Below, piece by piece: positions 1-11,765 of a stretch of DNA of 32,435 nt (positions are counted from its first letter, which is position 1; every line of letters starts with the position of its first letter). Below the pieces are notes generated by a model. That model was not told where the DNA came from and made no database searches. It worked only from the letters and a program-made list of their open reading frames with translations. A program made the position numbers and the translations under genes. Source of the stretch: Chiloscyllium plagiosum. Lineage: Eukaryota. Location: NCBI RefSeq assembly GCF_004010195.1, contig NC_057718.1, positions 29,253,852 to 29,286,286 of the forward strand, read 5' to 3'.

Positions 1-312
1 TGACTTGTCCGGACTTGTCCGACCTGCCTAGCTCCTTTTCCACCTATCCACTCCACCCTCTCCTCCCTGACCTATCACCTTCATCTCCTCCCCCACTCAC
101 CCATTGTACTCTATGCTACTCTCTCCCCACCCCCACCCTCCCCTAGCTTATCTCTCCACGCTTCAGGCTCTCTGCCTTTATTCCTGATGAAGGGCTTTTG
201 CCCGAAACGTCGATTTTGCTGAAGCTCCTCGATGCTGCCTGAATTGCTGTGCTCTTCCAGCACCACTGATCCAGAATCTGGTTTCCAGCATCTGCAGTCA
301 TTGTTTTTACCT
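1..312 (+). mobile_element. 3' terminal region of a Penelope-like element carrying a hammerhead motif
   Basis: C-rich tract, then TTCCTGATGAAGGGCTTTTGCCCGAAACGTCG...GATGCTGCCTGA...TTCCAGCA. The same terminus follows the PLE RT at 5490-5665. Confidence 0.8.
184..211 (+). ncRNA. Minimal type I hammerhead ribozyme motif (intact core)
   Basis: CUGAUGA-A-GGGC(UUUU)GCCC-GAAA-CGUC, with a palindromic ACGU in place of stem III. Confidence 0.8.
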
Positions 313-313
313 T

Positions 314-702
314 TTGAATTCCAAATTGTCCTGCAAAATAGGTAATATAGCAATCTCTGATCATGCCGCAGTACATATGGAAGTTCAGACTAGGGACGAT
401 GGGACAGGCCCCCAACATTGGCGTATGGATTCCTTCTTAATGAAGGATAGCAAATTTATAAATTGTTTTTCTCAAGCACTCAAAACCTTTTTGGAAATTA
501 ATTCAGGTACGGCCAGTAACCTGCCGACGATGTGGGAGACCATTAAGGCTTATGCACGAGGTTTGATCATCTCATATTCTGCAACCCAGAAAAGACAAAA
601 GGGAGATCAACTGCACCTACGCGAGGCTCACTTGAAGGCAGCTGAGACAGCGTATGTTGATAGGCGCTCTATTACTAAGCTACAAAGGATCACAGCCCTT
701 AG
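314..702 (+). mobile_element. L1/Tx1-clade LINE ORF2 fragment (end of APE endonuclease), cut by a gap
   Basis: Translation IGNIAISDHAAV...WRMDSFLMKD...WETIKAYARGLIISYS, with the SDH motif and the WE-x-K-x-x-x-RG motif. Confidence 0.8.
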
Positions 703-1751
703 NNNNNNNNNNNNNNNNNNNNNNNNNNNNNNNNNNNNNNNNNNNNNNNNNNNNNNNNNNNNNNNNNNNNNNNNNNNNNNNNNNNNNNNNNNNNNNNNNN
801 NNNNNNNNNNNNNNNNNNNNNNNNNNNNNNNNNNNNNNNNNNNNNNNNNNNNNNNNNNNNNNNNNNNNNNNNNNNNNNNNNNNNNNNNNNNNNNNNNNNN
901 NNNNNNNNNNNNNNNNNNNNNNNNNNNNNNNNNNNNNNNNNNNNNNNNNNNNNNNNNNNNNNNNNNNNNNNNNNNNNNNNNNNNNNNNNNNNNNNNNNNN
1001 NNNNNNNNNNNNNNNNNNNNNNNNNNNNNNNNNNNNNNNNNNNNNNNNNNNNNNNNNNNNNNNNNNNNNNNNNNNNNNNNNNNNNNNNNNNNNNNNNNNN
1101 NNNNNNNNNNNNNNNNNNNNNNNNNNNNNNNNNNNNNNNNNNNNNNNNNNNNNNNNNNNNNNNNNNNNNNNNNNNNNNNNNNNNNNNNNNNNNNNNNNNN
1201 NNGATAATGCTGAAGCTTTCACAGAAATCTTCAGCCAGAAGTGCCAAGTAGATAATCCATCTTGGCCTCCTCAAACAGACCCCACCATTACAGATACCAG
1301 TCTTCAGCCAATTCGATTCACTCTACATGACAGCAAGAAACAGTTGGATACACTGGATATTGCAAAGGCTACAGGCCCTGACAACATTCAGGTGTTAGTA
1401 CTGAAAACCTGTGCCCCAGAACTTGCTGCTCCACTAGCCAAATTGCTCCAGTACAGTTGGAGAACTGGTATCTACCTGACAATGTGGAAAATTGCCCATA
1501 AAATGTCTTGCACATAAAAAGCAGGACAAATCCAACTTAGCCAATTACCACCCCATCAGTCTACTCTTGACCATTAGAAAAGTGATGGAAGGTGTAATTA
1601 ACATTGCTATCAAGCAGCACCCGCTCAGTTGTAACCTGCACACTGATGCCAGTTTGGGTTCCGCCAGGGCCACTCAGCTCCTGACCTCAACGAGACGTAG
1701 CAAAACTGTAATCAATGGGAATCAGGGGGCAAACTCTCTAGTCATTGGAGT

Positions 1752-2906
1752 CTAGTCAGCATGGATTTATGAAGGGGAAATCATGCTTGACTAACCTTCT
1801 TGAATTTTTTGAGGATGTAACTATGAAGTTGGACGAGGGAAATCCAGTATATGTAGTGTACCTGGACTTTCAGAAAGCCTTTGATAAAGTCCCACACAGG
1901 AGGTTAGTGAGTAAAAGTAGGGTGCATGGTATTGGGGGCAAAGTACTAGATTGGATTGAAAATTGGTTGGCTAATAGGAAACAAAGGGTAGTGATAAACG
2001 GCTCCATTTCGGAATGGCAGGCAGTGACCAGTGGGGTACCGCAAGGATCCGTGCTGGGACCNNNNNNNNNNNNNNNNNNNNNNNNNNNNNNNNNNNNNNN
2101 NNNNNNNNNNNNNNNNNNNNNNNNNNNNNNNNNNNNNNNNNNNNNNNNNNNNNNNNNNNNNNNNNNNNNNNNNNNNNNNNNNNNNNNNNNNNNNNNNNNN
2201 NNNNNNNNNNNNNNNNNNNNNNNNNNNNNNNNNNNNNNNNNNNNNNNNNNNNNNNNNNNNNNNNNNNNNNNNNNNNNNNNNNNNNNNNNNNNNNNNNNNN
2301 NNNNNNNNNNNNNNNNNNNNNNNNNNNNNNNNNNNNNNNNNNNNNNNNNNNNNNNNNNNNNNNNNNNNNNNNNNNNNNNNNNNNNNNNNNNNNNNNNNNN
2401 NNNNNNNNNNNNNNNNNNNNNNNNNNNNNNNNNNNNNNNNACTACCTTATGCTGAAAGACTGGAGCGACTGGGCTTGTGTACCCTTGAGTTTCGAAGATT
2501 GAGAGAGGATCTGATTGAGACATATTAGATTATTAAAGGATTGGACACTCTGGAGGCAGGAAACATGTTTCCGCTGATGGGTGAGTGCCGAACCAGAGGA
2601 CACAGCTTAAAAATATGGGGTAGACCATTTAGGACAGAGCTCAGGAGAAACTTCTTCACCCAGAGAGTGGTGGCTGTGTGGAATGCTCGCCCCAGAGGGC
2701 AGTGGAGGCCCACTCTCTGGATTCATTTAAGAAGGAGTTGGATAGAGCTCTCAAAGATAGTGGAATCAAGGGTTATAGAGATAAGGCAGGAACAGGATAC
2801 TGATTAGGAATGATCAGCCATGATTATATTGAATGGCGGTGCAAGGCTTGAAGGGCTGAATGGCCTACTCCTGCACCTATTGTCTATTGTCTATTGTCTA
2901 TTGTCT
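1752..2906 (+). mobile_element. 5'-truncated CR1 LINE (family A) nested in the family B LINE
   Basis: SQHGFMKGKSCLTNLLEFFE...YLDFQKAFDKVPH...GVPQGSVLG; C-terminal TRGHSLK; (CTATTGT)n tail at ~2877-2906. Confidence 0.9.
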
Positions 2907-3550
2907 ATACCTGACACATAGGAAGATGATTGTGGTTGTTGGAGGTCAGTTACCTAAGCTCCAGGTCATCTCTGCAGGGGTATCTCAGGGTAGTGCCTTC
3001 GGCCCAAACTTCTGCAGCTGCTTCAGCAATGACCATTCCTCCATCATAAGGTCAGAATTGGGGATGTTGCTGATGATGGCACAATGTTCAGCATCATTTG
3101 CAATTCTTCAGACACTGAAGCAGTCCCATGTTGAAATGCAACAAAATCTGGACAATATCTAGGCTTTGGCTGACAATGGCAAGTAACATTCATGCCACAT
3201 AAATGCCAGGTTTTGACTATCATGAATAAGAGACTATCTAACCACCATCCCTTAATATTCAATGGTGTTACCATCACTGAATCCCCCTCTATCAACATCC
3301 AGGAGTTATCATTGACCATAAACTCAACTGGACACACCACATAAACACAGTGGCTACAAGAGCAGGTCAGAAGCTAGGTATAATGTGGCGAGTAACTCAC
3401 CTCCAGACTCCTCAAAACCTGTCCACCACCTACAAGGCACAAGTCAGGAGTGTGATGGAATATTCCCCACTTTACTGGATAAGTGTAGCCCCAAGAGGCT
3501 TGACACCATCCAGGAGAAAGCAGCCCGCTTGACTCTCACTACATCCTCCA

Positions 3551-3652
3551 GACCTCCATTCCTGATGAAGGGCTTTTGCCCGAAACGTCAATTTTCCTGC
3601 TCCTCGGATGCTGGCTGACCTGCTGTGCTTTTCCAGCACCATGCTGATCTCT
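3551..3652 (+). mobile_element. ~100-bp PLE-terminus insertion with an intact hammerhead (3562-3589), flanked by a TSD
   Basis: CTGATGAAGGGCTTTTGCCCGAAACGTC; flanks ACTACATCCTCCAG (3538-3551) and ACTACATCCACCAG (3653-3666). Confidence 0.8.
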
Positions 3653-4044
3653 ACTACATCCACCAGCATTCACTCTCTCCACCACCGACGCTCAGTAGCA
3701 GCAGTGTGCATTATCTACAAGATGCACTCAGAAATTCACAACAGATTATCAGACAGCACCTTCCAAACCCACGACCACTTCCATCTAGAAAGACAAGGAC
3801 AGCAGATACTTGGGAACACCACCACTTTCAAGTTCCCTTCCAAGCAACTCACCATGCTGACTTGGAAACATACCGTCGCTACATTAAAATCCTGGATTTC
3901 CCTCCCTGATATCAACCCACAGCAGATGCACTGCGGCGCTTCAAGAGGCTGCTCACCACCACCTTTCAAGGGCAATGAGAGACGGGCAATAAATGCTGGC
4001 CCAGTCAGCAATGTTCACATCCCACAAATGAATAAAACCTGATC

Positions 4045-4390
4045 ATATCCCTCAGCACATTCTTTGTATCATCCTCACCACTTGCCTTCACACCTATTTT
4101 TGTATCATCTGCAAACTTGCTTGTGGCATCCAAGTCATTCATTATACATTGTAAATAATTGTGGATCCAATACAGATCCCTGTTGCACTCCTCTATTTAC
4201 AGCTTGCCATCCTGAAACTGCTAGCTTTAGCCTAATGTTCTTTTTTTCAACTATTTAACCAATCCTCTACCTCTGCTAATATACAATTCTCAACATGTGG
4301 TTTCTTATAATAATAAGTAGCCTCATGTGCACTACCTCACTGAACACCTTTTAGAAATCCAAATATATCACAGCTCATGGTTCCCTTTTA
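4045..4390 (-). mobile_element. Old CR1 RT fragment
   Basis: Reverse strand encodes VIYLDF*KVF, a GVQQGSVLDP-like motif and KFADDT. Confidence 0.7.
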
Positions 4391-4475
4391 TTTATTCTCT
4401 GTTTTTGTGTGTGCCAGTGTAGCATGTTCTTAGTTTTATTGAGAGTTTTTTAAGCATCTGTGTCAGTGTACTGAG

Positions 4476-5665
4476 TGGAACAGTCCATCTTCCTCAGCTA
4501 CACTGGCACCACCCCCCACCTTTTCCTCCGCTACATCGATGACTGTATCAGCGCTGCCTCGTGCTCTCATGAGGAGGTTGAACAGTTCATCCACTTTACC
4601 AATACCTTCCACCCCGACCTCAAATTCACCTGGACTGTCTCAGACTCCTCCCTCCCCTTCCTAGACCTTTCCATTTCTATCTCAGGCGACCGAATCAACA
4701 CGGACATTTACTATAAACCGACCGACTCCCACAGCTACCTAGACTACACCGGCTCCCACCCTGCCCCCTGNNNNNNNNNNNNNNNNNNNNNNNNNNNNNN
4801 NNNNNNNNNNNNNNNNNNNNNNNNNNNNNNNNNNNNNNNNNNNNNNNNNNNNNNNNNNNNNNNNNNNNNNNNNNNNNNNNNNNNNNNNNNNNNNNNNNNN
4901 NNNNNNNNNNNNNNNNNNNNNNNNNNNNNNNNNNNNNNNNNNNNNNNNNNNNNNNNNNNNNNNNNNNNNNNNNNNNNNNNNNNNNNNNNNNNNNNNNNNN
5001 NNNNNNNNNNNNNNNNNNNNNNNNNNNNNNNNNNNNNNNNNNNNNNNNNNNNNNNNNNNNNNNNNNNNNNNNNNNNNNNNNNNNNNNNNNNNNNNNNNNN
5101 NNNNNNNNNNNNNNNNNNNNNNNNNNNNNNNNNNNNNNNNNNNNNNNNNNNNNNNNNNNNNNNNNNNNNNNNNNNNNNNNNNNNNNNNNNNNNNNNNNNN
5201 NNNNNNNNNNNNNNNNNNNNNNNNNNNNNNNNNNNNNNNNNNNNNNNNNNNNNNNNNNNNNNNNNNNNNNNNNNNNNNNNNNNNNNNNNNNNNNNNNNNN
5301 NNNNNNNNNNNNNNNNNNNNNNNNNNNNNNNNNNNNNNNNNNNNNNNNNNNNNNNNNNNNNNNNNNNNNNNNNNNNNNNNNNNNNNNNNNNNNNNNNNNN
5401 NNNNNNNNNNNNNNNNNNNNNNNNNNNNNNNNNNNNNNNNNNNNNNNNNNNNNNNNNNNNNNNNNNNNNNNNNNNNNNNNNNNNNNNNNCACCTATCGCA
5501 TCTCCACGCCCCTCCCCCAAGTCCCTCCTCCCTACCTTTTATCTTAGCCTGCTGGACACACTTTCTTCATTCCTGAAGAAGGGCTCACGCCCGAAACGTC
5601 GATTCTCCTGCTCCTTGGATGCTGCCTGACCTGCTGCGTTTTTCCAGCAACACATTTTCAGCTCC
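4476..5665 (+). mobile_element. 5'-truncated Penelope-like retroelement (RT, gap, 3' terminus)
   Basis: FLRYIDDC...HPDLKFTW...LPFLDLSI...TDIYYKPTDSHSYLDY..SHP, which are diagnostic PLE RT motifs. Continuity across the gap is assumed. Confidence 0.9.
5573..5600 (+). ncRNA. Minimal hammerhead ribozyme motif (intact core, variant loop)
   Basis: CUGAAGA-A-GGGC(UCAC)GCCC-GAAA-CGUC; differs from the other copies only at N7 and loop II. Confidence 0.8.
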
Positions 5666-6053
5666 CACCCAGACATCAGTACTCAACAGCCTCTGCACAC
5701 ATTCAGTAATCAGCCTGACTCTCATGGAAACACCACAGCTTAGAACAAAAATTCCAACTTCTGGGCCACTTACTCCTGAGTTGGATTTGCAGAGCTAGGA
5801 ATTTAGCCCTCCTAAACCAGGAACGAAATTCCATTCACAAGAAATCGGGCAATTAATCAAAAATAATTGTTATCATTCCATGGCAGTGCTGCATTCCCAA
5901 CTGCGTGAGGTTTTTACATTTTCTGCAGTTTAAAGCGTACTTTCCTTTTTAAAAATTGCACAAGTCATTCCTCCAGAACACACTGTACAGAGAAGGATAA
6001 TAAGGTTGTGTGTTGACTCCACATGTTAAATGCAAATTTATTGAATTGCTTAC

Positions 6054-6172
6054 CCTTTTTTGAAATAATGCACATAAGCACTTTGCAATGCAGTTTCAAG
6101 AAAGTATGTGAGCTCCAACTCCTGAACAGGCACATTTCCCTTCGTACCTCTAGATTGAGTGCTGATCATAAT
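6054..6172 (-). CDS. Internal coding exon of an unidentified gene (IMISTQSRGTKGNVPVQELELTYFLETALQSAYVHYFKK-G)
   Basis: Long pyrimidine tract ending ...cttcttgaag acceptor, AGG|gtaagc donor, open frame, phase 0 start matching the end of the 9440-9570 exon. Confidence 0.75.
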
Positions 6173-6717
6173 CTTCAAGAAGCAAATGAGAAACAAAAAG
6201 CAAAAAGCTGGTTAAGATAAAAGGAAGAGTATGGTCTGCCAACAATTACTTTTTGCTTTATACTGAACACTGCCATTAGATAAAACTACCATTAGCCCTT
6301 AAAACCAGTGTGTAATACTTCCCAACTGCTGTTTTGTCAACTCTTAACATCAGTTATATCACTGATATAATTATAACAGTAGTTATTTGATGGACATATG
6401 TTATCAGCATGATTGGCATACTGCAAACGTTTGTCAATGTGATTGCCCAGACGTACAACTTATTAAAGTCTACCAGATTTACTCATCACCAACTGTTGAC
6501 CCAGATCCTCTCACAAGGGCTAATGGTAAAAAGATGACCTGCATGAGGTTCTATCATCCTCAGGAATACAGTGACTAGCTGATTTAAACTAATGCTTTCT
6601 TTTCCTACCAGCATTGTTATGAATATTGAGACTGTTTTGTTTTAAACTGTCTCCTTTAATTCAAAGTAAAATGGAGTATTTTAGAAATTGACTTTAAACA
6701 AATTTGTGTAGCCTGCC

Positions 6718-7330
6718 TGTTACGGAGACAGAAACGTAAAACGTACTGCAAGTAAGGTACAAGTATTAAAACAAAGGAGAACATGGCCAGGCTTGCTGCT
6801 TATAGACTTTCAAACTCTAAATCAGAGATTTAGTAAAAACTCATCAATAGGTGTTCATATGCCAAGCAGAAAAAAAAGGACTATTTCTGGGTTAACCACC
6901 AAGCAGAGTGAGCAGGGAAACCCAGTTCAAAGCTTTGGATAGTAGAAGGTGCTATGTTACTGGTTGCTCATTCAAGTGTGTTCAGAAGGTGGAATGATGG
7001 GACTGTTTTAAAAAGGACACTGGAAGATTCATCCTAGTGGATAAAGGATAAAAGACCATGTTAAAGCAAAGAGAGGCTTGGGACTTTAAATACAAGACAA
7101 TGCATCCTGAGAGTGTAATTTAATAAGGAGGCATGAGATTTCATTTTCTGTAGCTTAATGCATTAGTTGCCTATTAATATTAAGTTTAGTCTGTTGATTT
7201 TAGTCTGCATTTTACAGTCAGAGTCTTCAAACATTAAATCTTGTAGTATGATTCTTTCTACTGGTCCACGGAAAATTCACACTCTTTTCTGATTCTCAGT
7301 TTGAAACTTCACTGCCAGAGAGTACAATAC
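6718..7330. mobile_element. Possible degenerate solo LTR
   Basis: Starts TGTTAC, has an ATTAAA signal near 7233 and LTR-like composition; ends and TSD not resolved. Confidence 0.25.
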
Positions 7331-7919
7331 AGAGCAATGGTTTAATCTGCTGTTGCACTATAATGTCACCACTTTCTTTTTCTAGCAGGAAGGAAAAATA
7401 AATCAGTTTGTTACTTGGTCAAATCTTTACCTCATCACTGTGAGTAAACTTTATATATATATATTATTAGAAAGCAAAAACCAAATTGCTGTTTGAAACT
7501 TGCTCTTTAGCATGTAACATTTGCTCATCTGACACTTGGATCAACAGACAAAGCAAAGGTGAGGAAATGCCAGGGGAAATCAACTCATGTTGCCAATTTC
7601 CTCTGCTTCAAATGTTTACAGTCTGATTAATCTTGTCAATCAGAAAGTAATGGTTATTTGTAGGATTTCAAAAGTGAAGGGAGAGAGAAAGAATGATGCA
7701 AACTGATTAAGTGAGACGAAGTGTAAAATAAATAATAAATTGAATACCCTTCATCAGAAAAAGTATTACAGCATATCTTTAACTTTCCCGCTGTGTTACT
7801 CAGACTAATCTTAATGAAAACAAATTCTATTATACAGTTTTTACAGGCCTATTCTATTAATTATATAACTACAGCAATCTCCTTTCTCTTCATTGGCAGA
7901 TAAATTAATTTATCATAAC

Positions 7920-8145
7920 AGTCTCATGGTGCTATCCAAAGAACAACAAGGAGTTTTCCTAATAAATAAGGCAACTCTTGTTTCACATTCAAAAGATATT
8001 CTAATTACTAATCTACTCATTGCTGGTTGAGCTAATATTGCTCATGTAAAATAGTTGTGGCATTTGCCAAACAACAAAAGACTTAAAGTATAATTTGTGA
8101 GAAACGCTTTTTGGGCATTGTAGGATGAGACCTTTATATAGTGTT
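7920..8145 (+). mobile_element. Degenerate Deu-SINE-like 3' portion
   Basis: CATGGTGCTATCCAAAGAACAACAAGGAGTT...CTCATTGCTG...AAACGCTTTTTGGG...TATATA resembles the Deu domain and tail (recalled consensus). Confidence 0.45.
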
Positions 8146-8539
8146 ATGTTTAAATAATTTTCCCTATTCTAGGCACATTTTTAAAACTTATAAATTTACT
8201 CTCAAGTTCATTGATGGATAGGTGGACAAATACTGCAATCTAGTTAGCTATTAATACCAGGAGGTTCTTAGGTTTGTTCATTACTTGAACTTGAGAAGTG
8301 AGACAGTAACATTTCTACCAAATACAGTGAAAGAAGCCAGTAGAAAAGAACAATTCAGCTAATTCTGCTTCTGATGGCAAATTAGCAACTGCTAACACAT
8401 AGGATTTAGTGGGTTATATTTACTCTCCTCTTCTTCCAAAGAAACTCTCCAATCTCTCTGTCCAGGCTCCCATATGACTAGCCACTTGAATCCAATATAA
8501 GAGGATGGCTAATATCCTTGAAACTAATCACGGGAGTAG

Positions 8540-8740
8540 AACAATAACTTTGTTCCTAGACTGCGGTTGGGATAAAATCCTAAATTCCCCCCGTAACGTC
8601 ATTGTGAGTCTACCTACATCACAGAAGCTGCAACAGTTCAAAAAGCTGGCTCACCATCACCTTCTTATGCAACTTGGGATGGGAAATTAATGCTGGCACA
8701 GATAGTGATGTTTACATCCTATGCATGATTATAAAAAAAA
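8540..8740 (+). mobile_element. 3' tail fragment of the family B LINE
   Basis: Similar to 3885-4038 (GCTCACCATCACCTTC...GGGATGGGAAATTAATGCTGGC), ending in an A-run. Confidence 0.7.
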
Positions 8741-8800
8741 GTCATCATTAAGGGAAGAGCAGGCAAAAATTGAGAATAGAGGGAGGAAAAAAATGTTCTT

Positions 8801-9105
8801 TTAGATTAGATTACTTACAGTGTGGAAACAGGCCCTTCGGCCCAACAAGTCCACACCGCCCCGCCGAAGCGCAACCCACCCATACATTTACCCCTTACCT
8901 AACACTACGGGCAATTTAGCATGGCCAATTCACCTGACCCCTGCACATTTTTGGACTGTGTGAGGAAACCGGAGCACCCGGAGGAAACGCAGACACGGGG
9001 AGAACGTGCAAACTCCACACAGTCAGTCGCCTGAGGCGGGAATTGAACCCGGGTCTCTGGCGCTGTGAGGCAGCAGTGCTAACCACTGTGCCACCGTGCC
9101 ACCCA
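8801..9105 (-). mobile_element. HE1-type V-SINE (tRNA head, V domain, CR1-derived tail)
   Basis: Reverse strand: GGCACGGTGGCACAGTGGTTAGC (box A), GGGTTCAATTCC (box B), GTTTCCTCCGGGTGCTCCGGTTTCC, (TAATC)n tail. Confidence 0.9.
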
Positions 9106-9439
9106 CTAAGTTCTGTGCCTGCTGCGCGTTCAAAACGTAAGATGGCTGACAGAGGTTTTTTTGTACTAGAGTAAAATCAATTCCAAAGTTCTACTGTATT
9201 AACAGATCTCAGGATATAAAACTGGGTTCAAACACAAGTCAGCTTGCAATACCCCAGGACATTAAAGGGACTACTTCACAATGCATACTGTCCAGAAAGA
9301 AGAGGTCTCCAACTCATCATACTTGCATAAAATCAAAGTCAAGTTCCAACATCCAATTCACTAAAACATTTCTCAGACCTCTCTCTACTCACTCCTTTAT
9401 TTTTGTTTAAAACAAATGAGTTGAAACGGTTTTCCTTAC

Positions 9440-9570
9440 CCGTTCTTCTTCTTGTAAGAAGACTAGAGCAATAACACTAGCTTTTTCAAAACATGACATT
9501 ATCTCTTCCTCTCGTTCAAACAGACGAACTCGTGAGGTAACAGATGAAGCCTGTCGCTCAAGGGACAAGC
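9440..9570 (-). CDS. Internal coding exon of an unidentified gene (GLSLERQASSVTSRVRLFEREEEIMSCFEKASVIALVFLQEEER)
   Basis: ttttcattttcatttctcag acceptor, CGG|gtaagg donor, open frame phase 1 to 0, non-repetitive sequence. Confidence 0.8.
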
Positions 9571-9970
9571 CTGAGAAATGAAAATGAAAACAATTGACAT
9601 TTTTTGAGCACAATTCATTAATAAAAATGACTGAGAAATTCAAAGTTAAGTATATTTTATTGATAGGGGACAAATTTACATAAAAATCTTGTACTGTGTG
9701 TTATGAAACGAGAATACTTACAAATTAAATTCAGGAAAATAGATTCCAAAAAATGTAGGATTCAATTTGTCCAATGCAGGTAGTATTGCAAATTATTATG
9801 GTATAGGATGGAGTTATATTTCAATTATCAATAACTTTAACTTTATTAAGAAAATGAAGATTTATATTCTATTTTGTTTATTATTGTTAGTTATTAAACA
9901 GTTTGTGTAAGGAAGAAAGCCATACGGCCCAAAACAAAGACAAGTCATTGGTTTGCAGATGGCTCAGCCT

Positions 9971-10400
9971 AAGAACATAGAACAAAGAACATAAAACATT
10001 ACAGCGCAGTACAGGCCCTTCGGCCCTCGATGTTGCGCCGACCTGTCATACCAATCTGAAGCCCATCTAACCTACACTATTCCATGTTCGTCCATATGCT
10101 TGTCCAATGACGACTTAAAAGTACTTAAAGTTGGCGAATCTATTACCATTGCAGACAAAGCATTCTATACCCTTACTACTCTCTGAATAAAGAAACTACC
10201 TCTGACATCTGTTCTATATCTATCATCCCTCAATTTAAAGCTATGCCCCCTCATGCTTGCCGTCACCATACTTGTCAACAGGCTCTCCCTGTCCACCCTA
10301 TCTAACCCTCTGATTATCTTAAATGTCTCTATTAAGTCACCTCTCAACCTTTTTCTCTCTAATGAATACAGCCTCAAGTCCCTCAGCCTTTCCTCGTAAG
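9971..10400 (-). mobile_element. CR1 LINE 3' fragment
   Basis: LYSLERKRLRGDLIETFKII...RGHSFKL; heptamer microsatellite tail at 9971-9999. Confidence 0.88.
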
Positions 10401-11136
10401 AGAAATTTAGACTACCACATGTGAAAATGCTTTTGAAATGAAAAGCTTTTACTCAAAAACAAAGTTACAAAACTAAGCTATTTCATTTATGTGTATGTCT
10501 ACTGGAATAAAGTCCTGCAGTGAATTTTGTAGTTACTTCAATCTTCTCAGATATATTTATTAGGGACATTTGAGATGGTACCTAATCACTAGAAATGACA
10601 CTGCATATACCTAGGCAGACACATGAATGGCCTTATTGATGCTGCATTAACTTGGTAAAGATGTATGGAGTTATTAAAAATGTTAACTGACAAGCTTCTA
10701 CATAAAGGACGATCTTACAAAAGTGATTGGCATATCAAAGAATGTATTAGGAGACAGTATTAAGTGAAGTCACTAAGATGTTCATTACTCTAAAAGAAAA
10801 ACTAGCACGAATTGGGCACATATTGTACAGCTAATCCAAGATTTACCATGAACTGTTCATGCACTAATAAGCCAAGTGGAGTTCAGCATGTCTCCAATCA
10901 TGCACAGCAAATAGTGGCTGTTGAGGATTAAATAAAGCATGGATTTTAATAATCCAATGCACTAGAAGGAAGACCAAAGCCCGGAGAAGAACCTCAGTCA
11001 ACAAAAGAGAGCAACGATCAATGCCCAGGCAACTGGTGTCGCAATCCACATCCCAAAGTGGATCAACTGAAAATCATTGCGTTTTTTTTAAAGTATTTTT
11101 TGTGGTTAGTTTGATAACTTAATGAATTCTGTATAA

Positions 11137-11465
11137 GATTTTAGATTTTAGACTTGGATTACTTACAGTGTGGAAACAGGCCCTTCGGCCCAACAAGTCC
11201 ACACCCACCCTCCGAACAGCAACCCACCCAGACCCATTCCTCTACATTTACACCTTCACCTAACACTACGGGGAATTTAGCATGGCCAATTCACCTAACC
11301 TGCACATTTTTGGACTGTAGGAGGAAACCTGAGCACCTGGAGGAAACCCACACAGACACGGGGAGATTGTGCAAACTACACAAAGACAGGTGCCTGAGGT
11401 GGGAATTGAACCCGGGTCTCTGGCGCTGTGAGACAGCAGTGCTAACCACTGTGCCACCGTTCCGC
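11137..11465 (-). mobile_element. HE1-type V-SINE
   Basis: Homologous to 8801-9105 along its length. Confidence 0.9.
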
Positions 11466-11675
11466 TTGTGAAAATAAGGTTGTGCCTTGAATAGGCCTTG
11501 TAGCTAATCAGGACGAGTAAGCTTTTAGATCAAATTCCTCCCAAAACTCAGTCCATAACTTTAATTGACTTGGGTCTTATAATTAAAATTAAGTTACTTC
11601 ACAAAATCTTACAATGGTGAAAATGAAGTTATTTCCATGTATCCTCTCAAAGGCTGGCCAAATATCTCAATTTAG

Positions 11676-11765
11676 AAATTTTCTAATCAACCTGTTCAGG
11701 TAGGATGAATGTAGAATTCCTGGTCCAGAGCTAGGCACACAACCACCGCACAATAAAAGCACCTT
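11676..11765 (-). mobile_element. 90-bp tRNA-derived short element with a perfect 18-bp TSD
   Basis: CCAAATATCTCAATTTAG at 11658-11675 and 11766-11783; the insert shares TGAACAGGTTGAT and CTCTGGACCAGGA-like blocks with 25967-26080. Confidence 0.6.

Larger units (their letters stand above)
1203..4038 (+). mobile_element. Decayed CR1-group LINE (family B): RT and 3' end, interrupted by two nested insertions
   Basis: KATGPDNI...KTCAPELAAPLAKL, HKKQDKSNLANYHPISLL, GVSQGSAFGP, an ADD-like motif near 3069 and YKAQVRSVMEYSP; ends GGGCAATAAATGCTGGC...GAATAAAA. Confidence 0.8.

Noticed and set aside
654..5629. Long ORFs containing runs of X
   Set aside because: Artefacts of translating through N gaps; only the flanking TE-derived peptides are informative
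10847..11066. Minus-strand ORF DPLWDVDCDTSCLGIDRC... after a ttttcag acceptor
   Set aside because: Hits a stop before the next good donor, the internal donor is weak and there is no recognisable homology; left uncalled
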